This document shows positions 51,296 to 59,416 of a stretch of 64,000 nt of DNA, one piece after another. Origin of the DNA: Acidimicrobiia bacterium (GTDB taxonomy: Bacteria; Actinomycetota; Acidimicrobiia; IMCC26256; JAOSJL01); NCBI GenBank assembly GCA_041394025.1, contig JAWKJA010000002.1, forward strand, positions 979,178 to 1,043,177, given 5' to 3'. Position 1 is the stretch's first letter. Each line of letters begins with the position of its first letter. The notes under the pieces were generated by a model. It did not search any database and was not told where the DNA came from. It worked only from the letters and a program-made list of their open reading frames with translations. The translations under genes were made by a program, and so were the position numbers.

Positions 51296-54013
51296 TCAGG
51301 CGCCTTTCTCGACGACACGGATCGTGCCGGTGTCGCCGTCGACCTCCACAGTCTGGCCGTCGTGCAACACGCGCGTGGCGTTCTCGGTGCCGACAACGCA
51401 CGGCACGCCGAACTCCCGGGCCACGACGGCCGGATGCGACAGAACGCCCCCCACGTCAGTCACGACGGCCCCCGCGAAGGCGAAGAGCGGGGTCCAGCCG
51501 GTGTCGGTGATGTGGGCGACGAGGACGTCGCCCGGGTCGAGATCGTCACTGACGTCGGTGAGAATGCGGACCCGACCTCGCACCGTTCCCGGTGACGCCG
51601 GTATTCCGCTCACGGCGGAGCCCTCAGCCGTGTCGGGATCGTCGGATTCGTCGACCCCGGCCGCGTCGGTGTCCCAGATGCCGGTGAAGTGATTGGGCAT
51701 CCTCAGCGCGGCGAGCCGCTTCCGCTCCTCGCGTCGGCGGGCGATGGTGTCGGCGCCGACCGCCGTGGACGCGAGCAGCTCCCGGTACGACAGGTAGAAG
51801 ACGTCCGATGGGTCGACGAGGGCGCCGAGAGCCACCAGCCTCCGGGCGCGCTCCCGAACAGCACGTCGCAATCCATGGGTGAGTCGGACGATCGGGTCAC
51901 GGGCCTGCTCGCGCTGACGCATGGCGTTGTTCATCATCCGTGCGGCGATCCGTTCCCGTAGTGCGCGCCGAGTCGCGGGCGGCGTGGAGGCAGGGGTCGG
52001 CGCTTTGACAGCCTTGATGACCGAATCGAGGAGGAGAACCGGCCGATCCGAGAACATTTCGTTCTCGAGCTCGGTCTCGCCGGGTCCACGGTGTCCGTAG
52101 CGTTCGACCAGGTCCTCGAACCACGTAGCGAACTCGCTGAGGCCGTCGACGGGTTCGCCGTCGTCTCCTGCACCACCCGTCGGGCGGTCTCCGGGTCGGA
52201 TGGCTGCCAGCACCTCCTCCGGTGAGCGTGTCGTGAGGAACGAGCCGAGCTGCCGACACCGGGCTGCCAGGTCTGCGAGTCGCCTCACACCGACCAGGGC
52301 ACCGGCACTCTGGAGGTCGTCGACCCCGCCGCGCTCGAGGTCGAACGCCTCGACACCCGAGATCTTCTCCGCCGCCGACTGTGCGCCGGCGGCGATCATG
52401 TTGGAGATGCACGCCACGTTCCAGGCCTGGCACAGCTCGTCGTGCAGGAGCTCGATGTGGGCGAGGAGCTCGGCATCCTCTTTGGCGCCCAACTCGTCGG
52501 GCGATGCGGGAAGCGTCGCGGCCTCGCGTTCGGAACGTCCGATCTCCCCTCGGAACCCCAGCAGCTTCGGGCCCGTGTGCGCCAACAGACGCAACGAGTC
52601 GAGTGCCTCCGACAGAGACATCGACGACGCCTCCCGGTTCGCGTGGTGGATACCCAGGAACTGCTCGTCGATGTCCTCGGGCGACATACCCGGCATCGCG
52701 GCGGCCATCTCGCGAACGACCGAGACGTTGGCGTAGATCCTGTGACCGAAGCTTCCGGCGCCCCGACCGCGCTGGGCATGCGCGATCTCGTCTCTCAGGT
52801 CGAGGAAGTCGACCATGCCGTCGCTCGCGGCGAGCATGGCGTCGAGAGAAACCGACAGCGACAGCGGTGTCATCGGGCCCGGAAACGCCTCGGAAAGGTT
52901 GGTGGCCGAGTAGGTGGGATACGTCGGGTCGATCGGGCTGTCGAACTCACCTCTGAGCTCTGCGGGTGCCGCGTCGGCCAGCCCGGCGTCGGTCGACGCA
53001 TCCGATCCATCCGGACCGTCATACGGAGGAAGATCGCGTGGAGGGTTCGTATCGACGTACGCAAGGCGCCAGGGGAGGTCGATGCGGTGAGGACCGATGT
53101 AGACGGTACGCGAGAGCACCCGGGCCAGGTCTTCGAGAGCCTCGCGCCCGGTCCACGCGCACTGGAAATCCCACTCCTCCCGCAGCCGCTTGTCGTCGAG
53201 CACGGGCATCCACCGGTACCCGGCGAGTGACGGAGGGTCCATCTCGATCAGGTTGTACTTCCAACCGATTTCGACCACCCGCTGCATCGCGGACAGCGGA
53301 ATCTCAACGACCTTCTTGCCCAGAATCCCTGCTATCTCGGGAATGGTCATCCCGCCGTCGGGCGGCGCCACGTTCACGACCCCGGTGCGGTCGCTCAAGA
53401 TCGCCTCGGCGTGGAACCGGCCGATGTCCTCGTCGTGCATGAACTGCCAGACCGGCGTTTCTCCTTTCGCCGACATCAGAACGGGAGTGGCGAACATGCG
53501 GAACTCGTAGTTGTCGAGATGTCGACCTGCGGCCGGTGAGCTGCGGGTCACGACGGACGGGACACCTGCGTCGGCGATGAGTCCCTCCACCTCGGCCTTG
53601 TGCGCCGCGTAGTAGATGTCAGGTGCCGGGCGAAGCGGATCCGACTCGGTGAACACGGGCGGGTTGTCGGGATGGGATCCGTAGACCGTGGCCGACGACG
53701 AGAACACGATGCGGGGGCAGCCTGTTGCCTCCATGGCCCGCAGCACGTTGGTGCTCCCACCGATGTTGACGTCGCGGGTCTCCTCCTCGGTGCGAAGCGG
53801 CGTGACAGCCCATGCCAGGTGCACGACCACATCGGCGCCGACCATTGCCTTCTCGACGGCCTCGGTGTCACGGATGTCGGCGCTGACGAACTCCACTCCG
53901 GGGACGGTGACATCGCGTCGCGCCATGGCCACGACGTCCACGCCTTCCCGGACGAGACGCGTGCAGATGTCACGGCCGAAGACGCCGCTGGCACCCGTGA
54001 CGAGGACCCTCAT
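51296..54013 (-). CDS. Tri-partite fusion protein: extended-SDR (NAD-dependent epimerase/dehydratase-like), rifampin-phosphotransferase-like helical region and PEP-utilizer swivel phosphohistidine domain
   Basis: 905 aa. The N-terminus has MRVLVTGASGVFG and YYAAHK (YxxxK). The middle has TNLSEAFPGPMTPLS. The last 103 aa carry GIPASPG...VTDVGGVLSHPAVVAREFGVPCVVG, with the His codon at 51434-51436. Confidence 0.8.
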   Translation of the reverse strand: MRVLVTGASGVFGRDICTRLVREGVDVVAMARRDVTVPGVEFVSADIRDTEAVEKAMVGADVVVHLAWAVTPLRTEEETRDVNIGGSTNVLRAMEATGCPRIVFSSSATVYGSHPDNPPVFTESDPLRPAPDIYYAAHKAEVEGLIADAGVPSVVTRSSPAAGRHLDNYEFRMFATPVLMSAKGETPVWQFMHDEDIGRFHAEAILSDRTGVVNVAPPDGGMTIPEIAGILGKKVVEIPLSAMQRVVEIGWKYNLIEMDPPSLAGYRWMPVLDDKRLREEWDFQCAWTGREALEDLARVLSRTVYIGPHRIDLPWRLAYVDTNPPRDLPPYDGPDGSDASTDAGLADAAPAELRGEFDSPIDPTYPTYSATNLSEAFPGPMTPLSLSVSLDAMLAASDGMVDFLDLRDEIAHAQRGRGAGSFGHRIYANVSVVREMAAAMPGMSPEDIDEQFLGIHHANREASSMSLSEALDSLRLLAHTGPKLLGFRGEIGRSEREAATLPASPDELGAKEDAELLAHIELLHDELCQAWNVACISNMIAAGAQSAAEKISGVEAFDLERGGVDDLQSAGALVGVRRLADLAARCRQLGSFLTTRSPEEVLAAIRPGDRPTGGAGDDGEPVDGLSEFATWFEDLVERYGHRGPGETELENEMFSDRPVLLLDSVIKAVKAPTPASTPPATRRALRERIAARMMNNAMRQREQARDPIVRLTHGLRRAVRERARRLVALGALVDPSDVFYLSYRELLASTAVGADTIARRREERKRLAALRMPNHFTGIWDTDAAGVDESDDPDTAEGSAVSGIPASPGTVRGRVRILTDVSDDLDPGDVLVAHITDTGWTPLFAFAGAVVTDVGGVLSHPAVVAREFGVPCVVGTENATRVLHDGQTVEVDGDTGTIRVVEKGA

Positions 54014-54040
54014 GGACGGATCGGTCCGGTGTCCACGTGG

Positions 54041-55177
54041 CTACTTCTCTCCTGCCGTGTCGGCCAGTGCCTCGAGGCGTTCGACCGTGTCGGCGAACCC
54101 CTCGATGAGTTCCAGCATCACTCGCCGGGCGGGCTTCACGGAATTCATACTGCCCACGACCTGACCCACGAAGTAGTTGGCGAGCTTCTCGGCGCCCGAA
54201 CCCGGTGTCGTCGAGGCACGGGCGATGCGAGCGCGTGCATCGTCGACCAGCATCGGCTGGAGCGGCATCGGTAGAGGGCCGGGCGACTCATCAGACTCCC
54301 ACTCGTCGGTCCACGCGGTGCGCAGCTGCCGGGCCGGCTTGCCGGTGATGGACCGCGAACGCACGGTGTCACCACTCCCGGCTGCGAGGAACTTGTCCTT
54401 GACGACCGGGTGGGTCTCGGCCTCCTCGGTGGTCAGCCAGACCGAGCCGGTCCACACTCCCTCGGCACCCAGTGCCAGGGCCGCAGCAACCTGCCGGCCG
54501 TCGCCGATGCCACCGGCCGCGAGCACCGGGACGGGGGCCACCTCGTCGACGACCTCGGGAACGAGGACCATCGTCGAGATCGTTCCCGTGTGCCCACCGG
54601 CCTCGTATCCCTGGGCGACGATGATGTCGGCACCGACCTGGGCGTTGCGCGCGGCATGCGCCCGGGTCCCGGCAAGTGCGGCGACCGGGATGTCGCGTGC
54701 GTGCGCCTCCTCGATCATCATCGGTGGCGGTGGGCCGAGGGCGTTGGCGATCAGACGGATCGGGTGTGCGAAGGCGATGTCGGCCAGTTGTCCCACCCGC
54801 TCGTGGGCGACAGTCATCTTCGCGAAGCTCTGCTCGACGACACCCTCGGGTATCTCCGGCACCTCGTAGCGCTCGAGGAGATCGCCGAGAAACGCCCGGT
54901 GCTCATCGGGAATCAGCTCCGCGAGGGCCGTCGGGTCGAGGTCGGATTCGTCGCCCACGTAGCTGGCGGGGAAGAGCAGGTCGACGCCGAACGGTCGGCC
55001 CCCGACCTCACCCTCGATCCAGTCGAGCTCCACCTCCAGCTCCTCGGGAGTGAGAGCGGTGGCACCGAGAACGCCCATGCCACCGGCGTTGGTGACCGCC
55101 GCCACCACGTCACGGCAGTGGCTGAACGCCAGGATCGGGAACTCGATACCCAGCATGTCGCGGACTGTCGTGTTCAC
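54041..55177 (-). CDS. Nitronate monooxygenase/FMN-dependent NAD(P)H oxidoreductase (NMO family)
   Basis: 378 aa. LGIEFPILAFSHCRDVVAAVTNAGGMGVLG, and GYEAGGHTG and AAGGIGDGRQ motifs. GTG preceded by GGGAGG. Confidence 0.85.
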   Translation of the reverse strand: MNTTVRDMLGIEFPILAFSHCRDVVAAVTNAGGMGVLGATALTPEELEVELDWIEGEVGGRPFGVDLLFPASYVGDESDLDPTALAELIPDEHRAFLGDLLERYEVPEIPEGVVEQSFAKMTVAHERVGQLADIAFAHPIRLIANALGPPPPMMIEEAHARDIPVAALAGTRAHAARNAQVGADIIVAQGYEAGGHTGTISTMVLVPEVVDEVAPVPVLAAGGIGDGRQVAAALALGAEGVWTGSVWLTTEEAETHPVVKDKFLAAGSGDTVRSRSITGKPARQLRTAWTDEWESDESPGPLPMPLQPMLVDDARARIARASTTPGSGAEKLANYFVGQVVGSMNSVKPARRVMLELIEGFADTVERLEALADTAGEK

Positions 55178-55256
55178 GGTGCCTCCCGGGGGAATCGCGA
55201 TAAGTCTAAATGATTATGCTGCTTCCATCTCAGGCACGAAACGGAGCCGCGACCCC

Positions 55257-56792
55257 ATGACCGACCCCCGCAGCCTCACCCTCGGCGACGTCCTGCGCGA
55301 GCACCGTCGGAGCCGCCCAGGGAAGACAGCCACCGTCGACGGGGATGTGCGGCACACATGGCCCGAGCTCGACGACCGCGTCAACCGGCTCGCCAACGCC
55401 CTGAACGCCGACGGCTTCGCTGCGGGAGACCGGATCCTGTGGCTGGCGCAGAACTCGTCGCGTCTTCTCGAAGCGCTCCTCGCTACCGCGAAGCTCGGCG
55501 GGATCTGCTGTCCGGTCAACTGGCGCCAGTCCCCCGAGGAGCTGACCTTCGTGATCGACGACGTAGAGGCTCACACGGTCCTGTGGCAGGAGGCAGAGAT
55601 CGGCGACTCCGTGCGTGTGGGTCGTGAGCGCGCGTCGTCATCGTCACGCTGGGTACAGCTGGACTCTGCCACCGATCCGAACTCAGACGAGTACGAGGCT
55701 CTCCTGGGCGACGCGTCTCCGACTGACCCGGACCTCGACGTCGACCCAGCCACCCCCGTTCTCGACGTCTACACAGCGGCGTTCGAGGGACGGCCCAACG
55801 GCGCCCTGCTCGACCACACGGCCATCGTGACCCAGAGTGTGCTCATGGCGATGCTCCAGGGCGTCGACCACGAGTACCGGTATCTCAACTGCGGGCCGAT
55901 GTTCCACGTCGGTACGCTCATGCTCACCCTCGCCACCTTCCAGATGGGTGGTGTGAACGTCTTCACCCCGCGTGTCGACGCGGAGGAGCTCTGCCGTCTC
56001 ATCGACTCCGAGCGGTGCACCGGGGCCTTCCTGCGCCCGCCGACGATCGCCCAGATCGTGGAGGTCAACGCCGATCGACGCTACGACCTCTCGTCGCTGC
56101 GGGCCAATCCCGGTCCGGACGCCTGGAACGAGATGGTCACCCTCGACACATCACCGCGCGCCCGCCACCGTGGTGGCTACGGCCAGACCGAGGTCATGGG
56201 GCTCATCACGTTCGGGGCGCTCGGTCCCGGGACCGGCAACGCCGGACGTCCCTCACCCTTCGCTCAGGTCAGGATCGTGGATCCCGAGGGAAACGAGGTC
56301 GCCACCGGGGAGACCGGTGAGATCGTCGTGCGCGGCCTCACCGTCATGGTCGGTTACGACCGCCGGCCCGAGCTCAACGACCGCCGGCAGCGCGGTGGGT
56401 GGCACCACACGAACGACCTCGGTGTCCGCGAGGCCGACGGGACGATCCGCTTCGTCGGACCCATGACCCGGATCGTCAAGTCGGCGGCGGAGAACATCTA
56501 CCCCGCCGAGGTCGAGGCGGCCCTGAAGCGCCACGACGCCGTGGCCGACGCAGCGATCATCGGTGTGCCCGATGAGAAGTGGGAGCAGAGTGTGAAGGCC
56601 ATCATCGTTCTGGAGGATGGCAGGTCGGTCACCGCCGAGGACCTCATCGAACACTGTCGCTCGACGATCGCGTCGTACAAGAAGCCGCGCACGGTGGAGT
56701 TCGTCGACGCACTGCCGAAGCGGGGGAACGAGACCGACTACGACGCCCTCGACGCGCAGTTCGGCGGCGGCGGCTACCCCGGTGGGGACTGA
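55257..56792 (+). CDS. ANL-superfamily acyl-CoA synthetase/AMP-dependent ligase
   Basis: ATG at 55257. GYGQTE, GEIVVRG, WHHTNDLG, ENIYPAEVE and SYKKPRTVEFVDALPK motifs. The P-loop position reads YTAAFEGRPNGA instead of the TSGTTGxPKG type. 511 aa. Confidence 0.85.
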   Translation: MTDPRSLTLGDVLREHRRSRPGKTATVDGDVRHTWPELDDRVNRLANALNADGFAAGDRILWLAQNSSRLLEALLATAKLGGICCPVNWRQSPEELTFVIDDVEAHTVLWQEAEIGDSVRVGRERASSSSRWVQLDSATDPNSDEYEALLGDASPTDPDLDVDPATPVLDVYTAAFEGRPNGALLDHTAIVTQSVLMAMLQGVDHEYRYLNCGPMFHVGTLMLTLATFQMGGVNVFTPRVDAEELCRLIDSERCTGAFLRPPTIAQIVEVNADRRYDLSSLRANPGPDAWNEMVTLDTSPRARHRGGYGQTEVMGLITFGALGPGTGNAGRPSPFAQVRIVDPEGNEVATGETGEIVVRGLTVMVGYDRRPELNDRRQRGGWHHTNDLGVREADGTIRFVGPMTRIVKSAAENIYPAEVEAALKRHDAVADAAIIGVPDEKWEQSVKAIIVLEDGRSVTAEDLIEHCRSTIASYKKPRTVEFVDALPKRGNETDYDALDAQFGGGGYPGGD

Positions 56793-59416
56793 CCGTCGTC
56801 CACCACCCGCACGATCCCCGCATCGCCGTCGACCTCGACGATCTGGCCGTCGGTGAGCCGTCGCGTCGCGTCGGCGGCACCGACGACGCAGGGAATCCCG
56901 TACTCACGGGCGACGATCGCCGGGTGCGACATCAGCCCGCCCACATCCGTGACGACGGCAGATGCCATCGCGAAGAACGGAGTCCAACCGGTGTCCGTCA
57001 CGTGGGTGACGAGGACGTCTCCGGGCTCGAGTTGATCGCCGGAGTCGACGATCCGCGCCGGTCCCTGGGCCCGCCCCGGCGCGGCTGCGATCCCGCGCAC
57101 CTCACCGCACTCGGTTGACTCGTCGGGCTCGGGTGTCGCCGACCCTCCGAGCGCCGCCTCGGACCATGAGCGGGTGAACATCGACGGCATCGAATAGTCA
57201 CGCAACCGTTCCCGCTCGGCGCGGCGACGTACGACACGGTCAGCTGCATCGGAGGGCGGGGTGAACGCCTCGTCGACCGCCAGGTACCAGATGTCGTCGG
57301 GCTCGGGGAGCGTCCCACCGGCTGCCAGGCGACGCCCCTGCTCACGCAGGGCCTTGCGCAACTCGTGTGTGAGGCGCACTGTGGTGTCCCGAATGTCCTC
57401 ACGCATCGACAGGAGCGAGGTTGCCAGACGTTCAACCGCTCCCCGACGACCGGGCGACAGGGTCCCGCTCGATGGAGTGTCCGCCGTCTTCACGATCACG
57501 TCGAGAAGTCGGTCGGGGGTGTCGTCGAAGACATCGTTGGCCAGTTCGAGCTCACCCGGTCCACGGTGACCCACTTGCCGCCGCAACTCGGCGAACTCCC
57601 GGGCGAACCCGGGATCCCGGTCGTCGAGACGCTTCACGCGCTCCTCTGGTGGGGTGTCGTCCAACCAGCCTTTCAACGCGGGCGCTGCGCGGAGATGGTC
57701 GGCCAGCACTTCCACGCCTGCGATCGCGTTGGCACTGGCCAGACCGTCGTCGCCGACATGCAGCGCACCCACGGCCTCGGGGCCGCGGAGTCGCTCGACA
57801 GCGGACACGGCGGCACCGGCGACAGGGTTGGCGATGATGACGGCGGCCCAGCACTGGGCGAGCTCGTCGCGCAGCACGCCGACACGCGCCTCCAGTCCGG
57901 CATCGCTGAGCTCTTCGAGCACATCTGTGCCCACGACCAACGTGTCGACCCGCCCCGCCAACCGCCGTCCCTCACCGCGGAGCCCGATCACGGGCGGTGC
58001 CGTGCGCCCGACGATACGAAGCGCCGTGAGCACCTCGCGGGGAGTCATCGCGGGCCGCTCGAAGTCCTCCGGCACGGGAATTCCGAGGTACTGGCTGTCC
58101 ATGTCCTCGGGCGTGATCCCCGGGAGCCCCTCGGTCGTCTCACGGGCGAGCGACACGTTGAGGTATATGTGGTGCCCGAACACGGACACCATGCGGACCG
58201 TCGCCTCGTGACGAACCTCGCCCGACATTCCCAGGAAGTCGACGAGATAGGTCTGACCCGCCCGTAGCGCGCTGATCGACACGGTCACCGACATCGGTGT
58301 GAGCGGCCCGGGAAACGCCTCCGACAGATTCGTGGCGGTGAAGACGTCGAAGTCGGGGTGAACCGCGTCGTCGAACTCCCCCGCCACCCCCTCGGGAGCC
58401 GCGGGAAGGAGGTCACCGCCGTCGAGACGCGGCCAGTTGCCCGGTGGTGGCTCCACCCACGGCAGACGCCGCCGCCGTGGAACTCGGTAACGACCCACGT
58501 AGGTGCTGCGCGTGAGGGAACGTGCGGCGTCACGGGCGGTCTCGGCGCTGGTCCACGCGCACCGGAAGCCCCATTCTTCGCGCAGACGCGTGGTGTCGAC
58601 GACGGGCATGTACCGGAGCCCGTCGTAGGCAGCCGGATCCATCTCGGTGACACCCAACGCCGCCATCACCCCGACCATCCCGGTGGCGACACATTCGGGG
58701 AGCCGCGGCGTCGGCCGCTCGACAAGTTCGCCGAGCTCCTCGGGGCTCAGGACGTCATCGGCGGCCAGGTTGACCGTGCCGGTCCGGGGGGAGATGGCAG
58801 CCTCGGCGAGAAAGCGGCCGACGTCCTCCTGGTGGACGAGCTGCCAACGGTTCGTGTCACCCCGCACCGCAGGGAACACGGGTCCTGCAAACTGCTGTGT
58901 GACCGCGTTGTCGATTCCGCGCCCCAGTGTCGCCGCCACCCTCGCCACGACGGCGTCGACGTCTGCGGCAGCGATGAGATCCTCTACCTCCATCTTGTGG
59001 TGCGCGTACTCGAAGGCGGGATCAGGTCGCGGTTGGTCGTCTTCCCGGAAGGGCGCGGGATGGTGACGCGCACTCCCGTAGACGGTGACCGAAGAGGCGA
59101 ACACCAGACGCCGGCAACCGGTGCTCTCCATGGCGGCCAGGACGTTCGCGCTCCCACCGACATTGATGTCACGGGTGTCGGCGGTCTCGCCGGCGGCACT
59201 CATCATCCAGGCCAGGTGCACAACGGCGTCGCATCCCAGGAGCGCTGACGCCACACTGGCGGCGTCGGCAACGTCCCCGGCGATGAAGCCGACTCCCGGC
59301 GGGAGGGACACCGGCTCGTGGCGTGCCAGAGCGACCGGATCGGCACCCAGCCGGGTGAGCCGACGGGCAACGGCGCGACCGAACGCCCCCGTTCCACCCG
59401 TTACCAGGACCCGCAT
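56774..59416 (-). CDS. Second SDR / RPH-like / PEP-utilizer swivel fusion protein, paralog of 51296..54013
   Basis: ATG at 59416. MRVLVTGGTGAFG, EYAHHK, TNLSEAFPGPLTPMS and VTDVGGLMSHPAIVAREYGIPCVVG (His codon 56924-56926). 880 aa. Its start lies 16 nt inside the upstream VWA gene. Confidence 0.8.
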   Translation of the reverse strand: MRVLVTGGTGAFGRAVARRLTRLGADPVALARHEPVSLPPGVGFIAGDVADAASVASALLGCDAVVHLAWMMSAAGETADTRDINVGGSANVLAAMESTGCRRLVFASSVTVYGSARHHPAPFREDDQPRPDPAFEYAHHKMEVEDLIAAADVDAVVARVAATLGRGIDNAVTQQFAGPVFPAVRGDTNRWQLVHQEDVGRFLAEAAISPRTGTVNLAADDVLSPEELGELVERPTPRLPECVATGMVGVMAALGVTEMDPAAYDGLRYMPVVDTTRLREEWGFRCAWTSAETARDAARSLTRSTYVGRYRVPRRRRLPWVEPPPGNWPRLDGGDLLPAAPEGVAGEFDDAVHPDFDVFTATNLSEAFPGPLTPMSVTVSISALRAGQTYLVDFLGMSGEVRHEATVRMVSVFGHHIYLNVSLARETTEGLPGITPEDMDSQYLGIPVPEDFERPAMTPREVLTALRIVGRTAPPVIGLRGEGRRLAGRVDTLVVGTDVLEELSDAGLEARVGVLRDELAQCWAAVIIANPVAGAAVSAVERLRGPEAVGALHVGDDGLASANAIAGVEVLADHLRAAPALKGWLDDTPPEERVKRLDDRDPGFAREFAELRRQVGHRGPGELELANDVFDDTPDRLLDVIVKTADTPSSGTLSPGRRGAVERLATSLLSMREDIRDTTVRLTHELRKALREQGRRLAAGGTLPEPDDIWYLAVDEAFTPPSDAADRVVRRRAERERLRDYSMPSMFTRSWSEAALGGSATPEPDESTECGEVRGIAAAPGRAQGPARIVDSGDQLEPGDVLVTHVTDTGWTPFFAMASAVVTDVGGLMSHPAIVAREYGIPCVVGAADATRRLTDGQIVEVDGDAGIVRVVDDGQSPPG

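Noticed and set aside
56774-56792. The 19-nt convergent overlap of the ANL ligase and fusion-protein 3' ends, considered as an antisense-regulation feature.
   Set aside because: Short convergent overlaps are common in compact GC-rich genomes. Nothing in the sequence, such as a conserved structure, indicates function. It is noted only as context in a finding.
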